A stretch of DNA of 64,000 nucleotides from a virus (IMGVR_UViG_3300037104_000796:64001-128000); one strand, 5' to 3'. Positions 10,325-21,096 are shown, counted from the first letter of the stretch. The notes: generated by a model from the sequence alone, not told the origin. Numbers and translations are program-made.

Positions 10325-11680
10325 TTATACTATCTTAACTTGACGGGTAACCCCAAATGCTTCTGTTGAACTTGTTTGTACTAATGGGTCATTATAATTT
10401 GCCACAGAATTGACTACATATATATCTATCGTTTTGTAATCTACTATTCCCGGAAATACAATCGAGCCAAAAGGAACAGCTATATTTTGTATTTTATTAT
10501 CTTCTAAAGTAATGTTTATTGAAGCATCTCCTGAATACACTACTTGATTGGCTGTATTACGCATTTCCAATACGATATTAAATGAAGCATCAGCAGTAGG
10601 TGATAAGAAATAACCAGGATCAATAATTGTAAATGAAGATACATCTATTAAAGGCGGATTAGTAAGTGTTGGGAGTATACTTATTATCGGAGGACGATAA
10701 ATACTTACACTTACACTAGGATCATCCGGCCAAATAATGACAGGATTTTTATAAGTTGTAAATGTTTGTGGGATATTCCAAATATAATATTCATTATTAG
10801 GAACTCCTCTTTCAATAACATTTTTTGTATCTTCTCCGGTATTTGACCAAAGAATATCGACTTTATTAATAATTGTGTTTTCATCTTTATATTCCCATTC
10901 TAATAATAATGGATAACCCTTTGGAACTGTTTCTCCTTGATAATCTGTAACAAGCGTAATAATGCCATCATTTCGAGTTACATTATTATCAATCAATCTA
11001 TGACCAATTCCTACCATGTAGTCATTGTTATTTACTTCTGTGGTTGGATCGAATACAGGTTGATATGTTTCAACTTGTAAATCAAAGGTTATTTTGATTT
11101 TATTTTCAGGTTCAAACGAATAATTAATATTTTTTTCTAACGCAATATCTTCAGGAAAACCTACTGTTGAACCTACTCTCATCCCCTTGTAATAAACATA
11201 GAAGGTAATAGTTTTGTAGAAAAGTTCTCGTATCGCTTGTTCTATTTTTAATGCTGTGATTTGAGTATCTAACCAAAGTTCACAACTAAAATTAACATTT
11301 AACGGAATAGAATAAAGAAATGAACGCATTGTTTGAAGTTGTCCATTAACTTGTTTTAAGTAAGTTCCTTGTATATATCTTGAAGTTATTCTGGCTGAAT
11401 CAATCGGAGAACCCATATAAGTAACTACTCCTCTTGGAATAACATCAAAGTTTCCATCGACAGGTCTAGGTGGAAGACACCAGCCATAAAAAGTATAAAA
11501 ATCTTGCATAAATCTTTCATCACCAGACATATTATAAAACCAGGGAACTTTTACAGTTTCAATGTCTTCATTGCTCCATATTTGTTCATAAGTGATTTTA
11601 TTGTTAAGAATATTTAAAATTCCAGCAATTATCGCTCTTGACAAGATATTTTCATTATTGTATTTTTGATGTAGTGCCAT
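10325..11680 (-). CDS. gp15: Tail sheath stabiliser/tail completion protein (gp15-like) with C-terminal extension
   Basis: VKVPWFY, IPRG and IPLNVNFSCELWLDTQITALKIEQAI resemble the gp15 family. Confidence 0.6.
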   Translation of the reverse strand: MALHQKYNNENILSRAIIAGILNILNNKITYEQIWSNEDIETVKVPWFYNMSGDERFMQDFYTFYGWCLPPRPVDGNFDVIPRGVVTYMGSPIDSARITSRYIQGTYLKQVNGQLQTMRSFLYSIPLNVNFSCELWLDTQITALKIEQAIRELFYKTITFYVYYKGMRVGSTVGFPEDIALEKNINYSFEPENKIKITFDLQVETYQPVFDPTTEVNNNDYMVGIGHRLIDNNVTRNDGIITLVTDYQGETVPKGYPLLLEWEYKDENTIINKVDILWSNTGEDTKNVIERGVPNNEYYIWNIPQTFTTYKNPVIIWPDDPSVSVSIYRPPIISILPTLTNPPLIDVSSFTIIDPGYFLSPTADASFNIVLEMRNTANQVVYSGDASINITLEDNKIQNIAVPFGSIVFPGIVDYKTIDIYVVNSVANYNDPLVQTSSTEAFGVTRQVKIV

Positions 11681-11698
11681 TTTTATTTTATTTATTCA

Positions 11699-14440
11699 TT
11701 AAATTTTATTAGTATTCTTGAGTTCTTTTTTTAAAAAATCAGTCCATTCTCTTCTTGTTTGTTCATCTAAATCAGGATCACTTTCTATTTCCCAAATCCA
11801 GCCTTCCGGTCCGGACAACCATGACGCATCGCCTTCTTTAACTTTTTTATCAGCATAATTTTGAATAATTTTAAGTAAGCCAATGCGCATATCTCTTATA
11901 GGATCAGATTCTTCTGCAAAGGTTTCATTCATACGTAACTTAAAAATCCATCTATTTTGAATAGCCTTTTGTTTGTCAACATTATAAAATGCAGCTAATA
12001 TATGAATAAGTGCTTGTTCTGATCCTGTAAAAATTAATCCGGCAATACCTGATTTATATTCATCTTTCATTTTATATGTTACGCCTGATTTTTTAAAGAA
12101 GTCTCCAACTTCGTTGCCTTCTATACTTTCAATATCATTTTTGTCGGGTTTGAATTTGGTCATTCCATATAATGGAATTGTTCGATATCCTGAGCCAATA
12201 CCCATATCTTTAATAGCATCTGTATCTTCTTTGAATTTTTCATTTATCATATTGCCTTTATCGTCACACATCCATGATTGTAATTCAGGGTGAAGTTTTT
12301 TCAATGCCACGTGTACTTGTTCATAATTTACTACTTGAGGTTTGCTATTAACAGTTAAATACTTTTGAACATATTTTGCTAATCGATTCAGTTTTGATTC
12401 TAAATTTACTTTAAAATAGAGATAATAACTGCTATTAGTGTCATTTAAAATATTTTCTGGAAGATTTTTTATTTTAAGAATAGCTGATAACATTTCTGCG
12501 ATAAACATATCCATTGCTTTTTGAGATTTAAAATCATGAGGACCATATAAACCAATTCCCATACTATGAACTGGGTCTCCTTCTTCTGAAAACTTTTCAT
12601 TAACATGTGCATCAGCCATCACAATTGTTAATCGATTTAATTTTCTGGTCATTGCATCAACAGCAACACCTTTATCATTTTTAAAGCCTTTTACGTTAAT
12701 CATATGTTCTATTTCATCAAAAAATTTATTCTTTGAGTATTCTTTACATATAATCGTATATACTGTATTCCCTAATGCATTTTTATCATATTCTACTGTT
12801 GTTTCATCACCAAACAAAACATAACGAATGTAATCAATGTAATCAACTCCACCGTGTACGTATTTAACTGGAAATAAATTCATTATCTCTTCTTTGAAGT
12901 GATTAGCTCCAATATTCATATCAGCTATAGCATCACCTTCTTCTGAGAATTTTTCATTTACAGATTCTTTTAGGTTTTTTATTTTCCAGTTAGGAACGAT
13001 CTCAAGATATTTTTCGATAAACTCTTTATCTAATGACCATTGATGATAAACTAACTTATTTAAATGTTTTAATGATTTTCTTAAATCCATAAGATCATCG
13101 CAACTATAATAAAAAACACTGGTAATGTCTCCATCAAGATTTCTGAATATTTTATTAAGAATAACATATGAATTTTTAGGATGACTTTGGTTGATAGTTT
13201 TTTTAACTCGTACAATACTTCCTCGTTTTGCATCATCCCAATCGATATCGCCTATACCCATATCGTGAATTGGATCAGAATCAATTACAAATTTTTCATT
13301 TACATTTTTCTTTTCAAAATAAGGATTGACATCTAAGAAAAATTTAATTTCCAACATCTCTGCAACCTTTGTAAGAATTTTAAGTCTTATTTTAGGATCG
13401 TCATAGTCCTTCATTTTCATCTCAAGAGCAGTTATTTCTTCAAAAGATTTTTGAGGAGTTATACGTGGATGTTCAATTAAATTTTTAACAGTATGATACA
13501 TTACTCTTACAAGAGGTACTGCGTATCCTTCGTATTCTTTTGAACATGTTTTTTTGTAATATAATCGATATAAGTCCATGCAACTTCCCGGCGGAATCGA
13601 ATACAAAATCTTTTTTAAACGCTCAATACCACCAATATGCATATCTCTTATGGGATCGCCAACTTCTTCTGAAAATTTTTCGTTAAGGTCAGGATATTTC
13701 CACGATTTTAATTCAGGATGTTTTAATTTGAAAACATATGAAAAATCTAGCCAATCAAATATGTCTTTTCCGTCAACTCTAACGAAATCCTTTATATATT
13801 TTCTTAATGTATTAGCACAACGTCGTTGTTCGGCATAATCTTCTGCAAAAAATATGAAAATATTTTCTTCTGGATCATTTAAAATATTTTCAGGAATTTC
13901 ATCTATATCAAGTATTGCTGTTAAATTTTCAACAATAAATTCATACATTTTATTCGGCGTATCAAAATCTTTATGCGCATACAATCCTATTTTCATATCC
14001 TTTATAGGATCCGATTCTTCTTTGAATTTCTCATTGACTGATTCATTTACATTTATATCAATGCCAAAATGTTTTTTAAGAGCATTAGCAATATCTTTCT
14101 GTATTTCATATTTAGATGGATAAAGCCCCTCTACCAAATCAACAATGCCATTAGCCTTTTTTTTACAAGCTCTTTCAAATGCAATTTGAGGAGAATTTCC
14201 TTTAATTAAATATTTTAAAATATCACATAAACAATACATTTTTTGCCAAACACATTTGTCGCGTCTATTGATAGGTTTTTTTCTATCATCAAAATAGTCA
14301 TAATATACGCGAGATGGAGCTGCATCATTTATCTTTTTTGCATGTTCTTTCCATATTTTACGAGCGCCAATTCCCATATCCTTAATAGGATCAGATTGAT
14401 CTGTGAATTTTTCGTAAAGATTTTCTTTGATGGGTTCCAA
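11699..14440 (-). CDS. Modular polyprotein with 8 EKFxExxDPIxDMxIG tag repeats
   Basis: Eight tag copies separate ~60-125-aa modules; TTG start. Confidence 0.85.
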   Translation of the reverse strand: MEPIKENLYEKFTDQSDPIKDMGIGARKIWKEHAKKINDAAPSRVYYDYFDDRKKPINRRDKCVWQKMYCLCDILKYLIKGNSPQIAFERACKKKANGIVDLVEGLYPSKYEIQKDIANALKKHFGIDINVNESVNEKFKEESDPIKDMKIGLYAHKDFDTPNKMYEFIVENLTAILDIDEIPENILNDPEENIFIFFAEDYAEQRRCANTLRKYIKDFVRVDGKDIFDWLDFSYVFKLKHPELKSWKYPDLNEKFSEEVGDPIRDMHIGGIERLKKILYSIPPGSCMDLYRLYYKKTCSKEYEGYAVPLVRVMYHTVKNLIEHPRITPQKSFEEITALEMKMKDYDDPKIRLKILTKVAEMLEIKFFLDVNPYFEKKNVNEKFVIDSDPIHDMGIGDIDWDDAKRGSIVRVKKTINQSHPKNSYVILNKIFRNLDGDITSVFYYSCDDLMDLRKSLKHLNKLVYHQWSLDKEFIEKYLEIVPNWKIKNLKESVNEKFSEEGDAIADMNIGANHFKEEIMNLFPVKYVHGGVDYIDYIRYVLFGDETTVEYDKNALGNTVYTIICKEYSKNKFFDEIEHMINVKGFKNDKGVAVDAMTRKLNRLTIVMADAHVNEKFSEEGDPVHSMGIGLYGPHDFKSQKAMDMFIAEMLSAILKIKNLPENILNDTNSSYYLYFKVNLESKLNRLAKYVQKYLTVNSKPQVVNYEQVHVALKKLHPELQSWMCDDKGNMINEKFKEDTDAIKDMGIGSGYRTIPLYGMTKFKPDKNDIESIEGNEVGDFFKKSGVTYKMKDEYKSGIAGLIFTGSEQALIHILAAFYNVDKQKAIQNRWIFKLRMNETFAEESDPIRDMRIGLLKIIQNYADKKVKEGDASWLSGPEGWIWEIESDPDLDEQTRREWTDFLKKELKNTNKI
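11879..14419 (-). repeat. Eight in-frame copies of an ~18-codon tag motif
   Basis: Approx. 14366-14419, 13985-14038, 13631-13687, 13250-13303, 12908-12961, 12551-12604, 12194-12247, 11879-11932. Confidence 0.9.
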
Positions 14441-14463
14441 GAATTGATATTTGTTTTATTTAT

Positions 14464-16185
14464 TCACTCAACGATTACGATTCGTTTCATAAATTCTGGA
14501 GGAAATGCTTTTCGATTATTGTGTATTAAATCAGCCATTGCCCCATCTAAAATGTAAGTGACTGCCCAGTCATCTTCGCTTCTTACACTTCTACCAGTTC
14601 CTTGCAAAATATTGATGATCGCTTTCCAGCGATACCATTCGGGATTTATTTTTAATTTCGTTGCTACAAATTTATCGCCTAAAGACAGATATGGAACTTT
14701 AGCAAATATTGCAAACCTACTCCAATCATCTTTTAAGTCTAAACCTTCCAATAATGACGGACCCATAAGTACTTTATTTTTATTTACTTTTAGCATTTCA
14801 AGCACTTGTCGTTTTTCTTCTGTCCCATTATAAACTAAAATTCTTCTTTTATTTTTATGTGAAAGTCCATTATGAATTTTTAATGCAAGATCATATGATG
14901 CTGTATGAATGATTCCACTTTCGCCTACATGATTTTCAAGTATCTTATCAATAGTTTCATAAAGCCATGGAAGATTACCCTCTATTTGATTATAAGTCAT
15001 TCTTCTTTTGTTGTAAAAATAAATTGGAGACTTTGTAAAATCAAAATGCGAATCCATTTTAATGTACTTAGCAGTTTTTAAAGAAATACTTCTAAGATAA
15101 TTTGAAGGGTCTGCAAATGTAGCCGACATTAACACTGTGAATCCTGTCCATTGATGAAAATATTTATGCATCATATATGATTCTTCCAAACAATTAAATG
15201 TCAATTCATCTTTGCCTGTAGGATTTTTTACAATATTTCGAGTTGAAGTTTTTTCAATAATGTCATTATAGTCATCAACTTTGCAATGTAAATCTTTAAC
15301 CCAATCACATAAACGTAAAGCTTCCTTCCATTCTTTTGGAGGATCATCATGCGGATAATCAGTTTTAACTTTTTCTTTGAATTTCTCCCAAGTAACTCTA
15401 TAATTGTGCTGGAGATTGTTTTTGATCTCTATTAGGATTTCATGTAAGTTATCTTGATTATCTGTCTTATATAAACTACCAATATCTTCTTTAATATCGC
15501 TTAAGTCTTTATAATGATCATGCAATTTATAAAGTTTAAAAAAATCTGTAAGTTTTTGCAACTTTTCAATTGTCTTGGGATCAAATCGAGGTGAATAATG
15601 ATTTTGAACTATATCGAGAATTTTGTGGCCTTCATCACATATCGTAAAATCACGAGGTGGAAATGGAGTATCATCCATGCTTTGATTAACATAATTCATC
15701 ATTATCAACCAATATGCATAATTCAATAAAGCAGTTTCAGATCCTGAAGCTTTATCTCTTGCTGAAAAATAAGGACAATGATGATAACATGGCATTCGTT
15801 TTGCGGGTTTATTTCTTATACGACAAGTTCCTAAAGAATTCTTTTCCATATTGTCTAAGCAAATATAGTTGTCAATTCCCTTAATGGAACCCCATCTAAA
15901 ATTTCCTTTTGCAAAATCTTTTTCGTATTGTTCTTGGAGTGATAAATCTGATGCGAGAATAAATCCTTTCAATTCTTGTTGATTAAGAATCCATGCAACA
16001 GCCATGCCTATAATAGATTTTCCTGAACCTACCGGAGCATCTAATATAACTGTTTTAGTTTTATTATAATATGCCTTAATAATTTCGATTATTGCTTCTT
16101 TTTGTCCTTTACGCCAAACGAACTCATCGCCAAAAAATGTAGTGCGGAATTCTTCTATTTGTAACTCTAACTGTTCTATAGTCAT
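14464..16185 (-). CDS. DinG/XPD-family SF2 helicase with Fe-S cysteines
   Basis: DAPVGSGKS, DEGH, MSAT, EGLDL, QGTGRSVRSEDD; four Cys in YICLDN...TCR...PCYHHCPY. Confidence 0.88.
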   Translation of the reverse strand: MTIEQLELQIEEFRTTFFGDEFVWRKGQKEAIIEIIKAYYNKTKTVILDAPVGSGKSIIGMAVAWILNQQELKGFILASDLSLQEQYEKDFAKGNFRWGSIKGIDNYICLDNMEKNSLGTCRIRNKPAKRMPCYHHCPYFSARDKASGSETALLNYAYWLIMMNYVNQSMDDTPFPPRDFTICDEGHKILDIVQNHYSPRFDPKTIEKLQKLTDFFKLYKLHDHYKDLSDIKEDIGSLYKTDNQDNLHEILIEIKNNLQHNYRVTWEKFKEKVKTDYPHDDPPKEWKEALRLCDWVKDLHCKVDDYNDIIEKTSTRNIVKNPTGKDELTFNCLEESYMMHKYFHQWTGFTVLMSATFADPSNYLRSISLKTAKYIKMDSHFDFTKSPIYFYNKRRMTYNQIEGNLPWLYETIDKILENHVGESGIIHTASYDLALKIHNGLSHKNKRRILVYNGTEEKRQVLEMLKVNKNKVLMGPSLLEGLDLKDDWSRFAIFAKVPYLSLGDKFVATKLKINPEWYRWKAIINILQGTGRSVRSEDDWAVTYILDGAMADLIHNNRKAFPPEFMKRIVIVE

Positions 16186-16233
16186 CTTTATAGGTTATGT
16201 ATAAAGATTGTATGATAAAAAAAGGCTTAAGTT

Positions 16234-16485
16234 TTACTTAAGCCTGTATTTTTTATGATGTGTTACTTTTTTATTTAGCCAATCTCGTAATTTAACATTT
16301 AATTTGTACAAATCCTCTTCATTGTGGATACGTGGATAAACAGTTTGTGTAATATGCGCTACTACGTTATCAAAATAATGATCAACAACTACACCCGATC
16401 TACTTGGACGACCAATACCCATATCTTTAATGGGATCAGATTCTTCTCTAAAATCTTCGTCAATATGTTCTTTTACAATATTCAT
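16234..16485 (-). CDS. Tag-bearing small protein
   Basis: MNIVKEHIDEDFREESDPIKDMGIG N-terminus. Confidence 0.8.
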   Translation of the reverse strand: MNIVKEHIDEDFREESDPIKDMGIGRPSRSGVVVDHYFDNVVAHITQTVYPRIHNEEDLYKLNVKLRDWLNKKVTHHKKYRLK

Positions 16486-16955
16486 TCAAATTCTTCATTT
16501 ACAGTTTTTGCACGATCTCGTTTAACTCTTTCTGATTCAACCACCATATCGCGTAAAAAGATTTTTTTCATGCCACCATCTCGTAGTTTGAATAAAAATG
16601 CGTTACTTCCTATTTTAGCCATAGGAATTCCGTTAATAACTTTTGAAAGATCACCTTTTAGTCTAAAACGAACATTGGCGCGATTTGGTTCAAGCATTTT
16701 AACTTCATTGCTTAAAGCTTTGAATAACTTATCATCAAAAACATCTTCTTCAATTTCAATTGTATCGACATTAGCCATATCTGATACATCAACATCTAAT
16801 TCATCCGGATCTATTTCTTCTTCATCTTCAGGAGCATCCCATACGTCTGGCGCATCAATACCGCGTTCTTTCTTAAGTGGTCTTTTAACTTTTTTTGGTC
16901 TACCACGTTTTGCAAATTCATATAAAGTTTCTTCTATCATAGCTATCTTTTTCAT
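16482..16955 (-). CDS. AT-hook/acidic protein with L-x-E leader
   Basis: TLYE then KRGRPKK, followed by an Asp/Glu-rich segment. Confidence 0.6.
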   Translation of the reverse strand: MKKIAMIEETLYEFAKRGRPKKVKRPLKKERGIDAPDVWDAPEDEEEIDPDELDVDVSDMANVDTIEIEEDVFDDKLFKALSNEVKMLEPNRANVRFRLKGDLSKVINGIPMAKIGSNAFLFKLRDGGMKKIFLRDMVVESERVKRDRAKTVNEEFE

Positions 16956-16968
16956 ATTTATCTTTTAT

Positions 16969-18063
16969 TTATTTAAAATTCTTTAATTTAGTCATTGTGG
17001 CTGCATACGTATTTGAACCAGCATTCATTGAATTTGCTAAATAAACTGTGCTTCCATCTACTAACATACATTGTCCCTGACCATCATGATCCCAAGCCCA
17101 TACATATAATCCATATACACTATTATATTGAAGAGGATTTATTAAAACCGGTCCCTTTGTATCTAAAGACCATATTTCTGTATTTAGATCAAAATCAAGT
17201 AATAAATGTTCTCTGTTAACTCCTCCAAGACCATGAGAATAAACTCCTGTTACTCCTTGACCTCCCATTAATCCAAATACCTTTCCATTAACTTGATGTA
17301 TTGTTGGGCTATCTATTGGACCTCCCGTATTTCCCCAGTTAACACCGGCCGGAGTTGTAGAAGGTATGTTCACCTGATAATCTGTATAAGGACCTTCAAG
17401 ATTAGTTGATTTAGCCACTCTAACATTCCTATTAGGAACACCTGTAGATATATCCATCCACATCAAATGATAATAACTTCCTATTTTTACAACTGAACCC
17501 GAATATGCATTTGTTTTTAATGTAGCTCCTATTGTTAAACTAGAAGCATTTTGATCAAAATATATCATTTTTATTTCGGCAACAGAAGTAGAAGCATTAG
17601 TCATTGAGATATTAACATAATAACTACTATCAATTTGCCCTATATCACCGACAGCAATAACACTTGTGGCATTAAATAAATTTCTTGACCACCAAACACC
17701 TCCGCTATTTTGGACGGTCCATGTTGACATGTCTGTAGATGTTGCTAATCCTATCTGGTTATTACTAAATGGTGTAGACGATAATCCATAAAATAACCAT
17801 TTGAATGTAGATCCTACTTTGAATATTGGTCCTCCACCTGTATACATATCTCCCCATCCAGTTAAATTAGTAGGGTCAATGGTACCTTTTGTTGTTTGAT
17901 CACCGCAAAATTCGTAATTAGTAAATGGATTAAGTAAAGCAATATTGGTTCCTATTGCAAAATATGTTGAATTATCTTGAAGAGTAATTGTTGAATTTGA
18001 ATAATTAATAGATGAACAACGAGAAACTTTTTCCGATGCCTGATAAGTTCCTGATGTTATCAT
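16969..18063 (-). CDS. Beta-propeller glycoside-hydrolase-like protein (possible tail/receptor-binding component)
   Basis: WLFYG, IGLATSTDMSTWT, VAKSTNLEGPY and DSPTI motifs typical of five-bladed propeller GH folds; ATG at 18063 overlaps the upstream stop. Confidence 0.5.
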   Translation of the reverse strand: MITSGTYQASEKVSRCSSINYSNSTITLQDNSTYFAIGTNIALLNPFTNYEFCGDQTTKGTIDPTNLTGWGDMYTGGGPIFKVGSTFKWLFYGLSSTPFSNNQIGLATSTDMSTWTVQNSGGVWWSRNLFNATSVIAVGDIGQIDSSYYVNISMTNASTSVAEIKMIYFDQNASSLTIGATLKTNAYSGSVVKIGSYYHLMWMDISTGVPNRNVRVAKSTNLEGPYTDYQVNIPSTTPAGVNWGNTGGPIDSPTIHQVNGKVFGLMGGQGVTGVYSHGLGGVNREHLLLDFDLNTEIWSLDTKGPVLINPLQYNSVYGLYVWAWDHDGQGQCMLVDGSTVYLANSMNAGSNTYAATMTKLKNFK

Positions 18064-18317
18064 AGCAACCAAGAAGAAGGATCATTAAATTCTGAATAAT
18101 TCGGTAAATTAGGAACTGTAAGAATCATTCCTGTAGGTCCAGAAATATTGGTTATAGTTAAATTTGATGATCCTGCATCTCCAACAATGTTATTCATTTC
18201 TAGATTTCTAATAACACTTAATTTAAAATCTAATGATAACGGAACAACGCTGGGTGCGTATGTTCCGTATTTGCTGTTGTACACAACCATTTTGCCATTA
18301 TATAATGCATATGACAT
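18060..18317 (-). CDS. Hypothetical protein, possibly the N-terminal part of 16969..18063
   Basis: ATGA overlap; similar Ser/Thr/Asn-rich composition. Confidence 0.45.
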   Translation of the reverse strand: MSYALYNGKMVVYNSKYGTYAPSVVPLSLDFKLSVIRNLEMNNIVGDAGSSNLTITNISGPTGMILTVPNLPNYSEFNDPSSWLL

Positions 18318-18318
18318 A

Positions 18319-18933
18319 TTAAGTGTATTTTACTTGTTTTCTTTCTCGAGAATTTTGATTATGTATTGCACCAAATTTATCTGACCAATACCCTTGTTCA
18401 GCACAATGTTTACAAACCCCGTTTTCAAATTCACCAGGGTGGGTAGGTCTTCCACAAGCTTCACATTCAAGTTCTTCGTGTGAAATATCTGGAGATGGTT
18501 TATCACTGTCTTCATATTGAAGTCTTGTATCATTGTATAAACCTGTTACAGGTTGATTTCTGGCATTATTTGTAAAAGGCAAGACATGAACGCCTTCACT
18601 AATTTTTGAAATGATATAAGATTCCGGAACTCTGAGACCATTAATCTGATAATCAATTCTTCCCATAAATCCTCTTTGACGTTTGGAAATTCTTCCTATT
18701 TGATCTTTTCCTCTTTCAACTTTTGATGTTGCAGACATTTCAGATGCTTTATGCCAAGTTTGATATTTAACTTTATCACCTTTTTTGTATTTAGGTTTAG
18801 GATGACTTTTGTCATCATCAGCAGCATCTCCAATATAATTTGGATTCTCTAACGGATACTTTTGAGAAATAGGTTTGTTACCATCATTTCTAAAAGGCAT
18901 TTGCATATTTTCATGTACTAATTTAGCTCGCAT
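18319..18933 (-). CDS. Leader-bearing two-module protein (KOW/SH3-like plus Zn ribbon)
   Basis: MRAKLVHE leader; KYKKGDKVKY; CEAC...CKHC. Confidence 0.6.
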   Translation of the reverse strand: MRAKLVHENMQMPFRNDGNKPISQKYPLENPNYIGDAADDDKSHPKPKYKKGDKVKYQTWHKASEMSATSKVERGKDQIGRISKRQRGFMGRIDYQINGLRVPESYIISKISEGVHVLPFTNNARNQPVTGLYNDTRLQYEDSDKPSPDISHEELECEACGRPTHPGEFENGVCKHCAEQGYWSDKFGAIHNQNSRERKQVKYT

Positions 18934-19282
18934 CTTTTATAGTTAATTTTTCATCTCCAAGAATATTGTAATAATTTCCGTCTTCATTTACTACACTTAC
19001 TGAACTTTCAAATCCATTTCTTTCTTTTGTATTTACTATTTTTTTAACTTTGATAGTCATATTATCCCAACTACCTCTTCGTCCTTTCCATGGACTTAAT
19101 CTTCCAGTAATTGTTTTTCCAACTAAAGAATCATTTAAAAGTTTTATCCATTCGTTTGCTGCTCTATCTTGGATTTCTGCATGCACATCATTAAGTTTTA
19201 CACCACCAATTCCCATATCTCTTATAGGATCAGAATCTTCTGTAAACTTTGATAATTGTTCATTAATGGTTTTAGCTCGCAT
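18923..19282 (-). CDS. Tag-bearing protein (cargo family A)
   Basis: MRAKTINEQLSKFTEDSDPIRDMGIG. Confidence 0.8.
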   Translation of the reverse strand: MRAKTINEQLSKFTEDSDPIRDMGIGGVKLNDVHAEIQDRAANEWIKLLNDSLVGKTITGRLSPWKGRRGSWDNMTIKVKKIVNTKERNGFESSVSVVNEDGNYYNILGDEKLTIKDAS

Positions 19283-19326
19283 TGAACAGTCTTTGTTTTA
19301 TATATCCCAAGCAAAAAGGAGAATGT

Positions 19327-21024
19327 TTATCCTCCTTCTAATTTTTCGACCGTTAAATCACTAAATCCTGCGTTCTTATTGATTTCTATTTTAAAATCAA
19401 AGAATTCAATGGGTAAAGGACTAAAGTTAATAACGAATATATTCATATTCATCTCTTTGGTTATTTTTTGAAGTAATCCAATGATGTCATAAATTCCATC
19501 ACCATCAATAGAAGAAAGTACTTCATCCAACATAAATATGTTAAGTCCAGGGTACTTACGTTTTAACATTCTTATGATAGAGATAAGAACTGCTAAGTCC
19601 ACTCTTTTCTTTTCGCCTGTGCTTAAAGTATCTACACTGATGTTTATTCCTAAGTGATACATATCAGGTTCGAACTCTGAATTGAATGTTAAACTGTAAG
19701 GAAAGTGAAGTTCATGTAACGTGAATTCAATCTCTTTATTGAGCGTAGGTAAATAACTTTCAAGAATTTTCTTCTTTACTCCCGCATCTGAATATAATTG
19801 TTCAAGAATCGCAAGGTATTTGAATTCATCATCAAATTTAACTTTCTCATCATTTCTCGATGTTAATGTAGTTGTGTTTTCTGATATGATATTTTGTATA
19901 CTTAAAAATTCTTGTGGTTTGTCAATCTTCAATCTGTTTAACTCTGATTCAATTGTACGATAAGTTGTTTGAACATTTATGATAAAATTATTAATAGTGT
20001 TTAATCCTGTGTTTAATTTTTGAAGCGCTGTTGAGTATTTCGCTTCGTCTCCTTTTAACATTTCCAGTTGATCATTTTGATTTTTTATGTCTTCTTGTAA
20101 TTGACCCTTGATTAAATCAAATCTTGTATCATTAAAAGGAGTAGCGCATGTCGGACATTGATCGTGATTAAATAAATCGATTTGATCATTTAAATGTTGA
20201 ATCGTATGAAGAATTTTCATTTTTTGTTTCACAAATAAATTCTGTGATTTAAGTATTTCCTCTTTTTTATTATCCCATTCAACTTTCTTATCATACCCTT
20301 CTTGGAGTTTTGGTTTGTATTCTTCCAACTTCTTAGTTAAATCGAGTATCTTAATTGTATTATCTTCATTAACTTTTTCTTGTAATTTTTGAAGTTCGTT
20401 AACAGCAACATCAATGTTGTTTTTAAGAGATATAATTTCACGATCAAATAAGTCCATATTCATTTTAACATCACGTAAATCTCGTCTTACGAGTTCGTTC
20501 ATTTTGTTAATGATTTCCATAGCGAACAATTTATCGATGATGATTCTCTTATCATGTGGTGTCATCGATATAAATGATTTAAAATCATTAATACTTAATG
20601 ATATGATGTTCGAGAAGATATGATAGGGTAGTCCAGTGACTTCGAGGTCGATATATGTTTGGTAATCTGTGATTCCCGCTTTTCCGATGTCATTATCGCT
20701 TGTACATTCTTCATCTTCGCCGTGCTTGTTAACGATTAAAGATGAAGGCGAAAAATTACGTTCTATAGTTACAAACGTATCGGGGGCAGTCTGATCTACT
20801 AATTTGAGATAACCGTGTTTATTGAGACGATTTGATATCTCATCTTTTTTGAATTTATCAAGTCTTCCATAATATCCTATTTTTGGTAAATTAACAAACC
20901 AACTTTTTCCTGCGCCATTACGCCCCAATACCATCCATAATCCCCCTTCTGGTGGAAGATCTAAATGTTGTAATTTATTTCCAAAAGGCCCAATATTTCT
21001 CCATTCTATAGATAAAGTTTGCAT
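19327..21024 (-). CDS. gp46: Recombination ATPase, Rad50/SbcC-like
   Basis: GRNGAGKS, CPTC zinc hook, LSTGEKKR, LDE. Confidence 0.92.
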   Translation of the reverse strand: MQTLSIEWRNIGPFGNKLQHLDLPPEGGLWMVLGRNGAGKSWFVNLPKIGYYGRLDKFKKDEISNRLNKHGYLKLVDQTAPDTFVTIERNFSPSSLIVNKHGEDEECTSDNDIGKAGITDYQTYIDLEVTGLPYHIFSNIISLSINDFKSFISMTPHDKRIIIDKLFAMEIINKMNELVRRDLRDVKMNMDLFDREIISLKNNIDVAVNELQKLQEKVNEDNTIKILDLTKKLEEYKPKLQEGYDKKVEWDNKKEEILKSQNLFVKQKMKILHTIQHLNDQIDLFNHDQCPTCATPFNDTRFDLIKGQLQEDIKNQNDQLEMLKGDEAKYSTALQKLNTGLNTINNFIINVQTTYRTIESELNRLKIDKPQEFLSIQNIISENTTTLTSRNDEKVKFDDEFKYLAILEQLYSDAGVKKKILESYLPTLNKEIEFTLHELHFPYSLTFNSEFEPDMYHLGINISVDTLSTGEKKRVDLAVLISIIRMLKRKYPGLNIFMLDEVLSSIDGDGIYDIIGLLQKITKEMNMNIFVINFSPLPIEFFDFKIEINKNAGFSDLTVEKLEGG

Positions 21025-21096
21025 AATTATAATTTTATTATTATAATCATTAAAACTATTAAAGTTTTGTTAAATATAAAATTAAAGATATAATAA

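Noticed and set aside
11879-14419. Regularly spaced repeats as a CRISPR array or a non-coding DNA repeat
   Set aside because: Spacing is ~310-380 bp, copies are in frame and vary at synonymous sites, and no cas genes are present; conservation is at the peptide level
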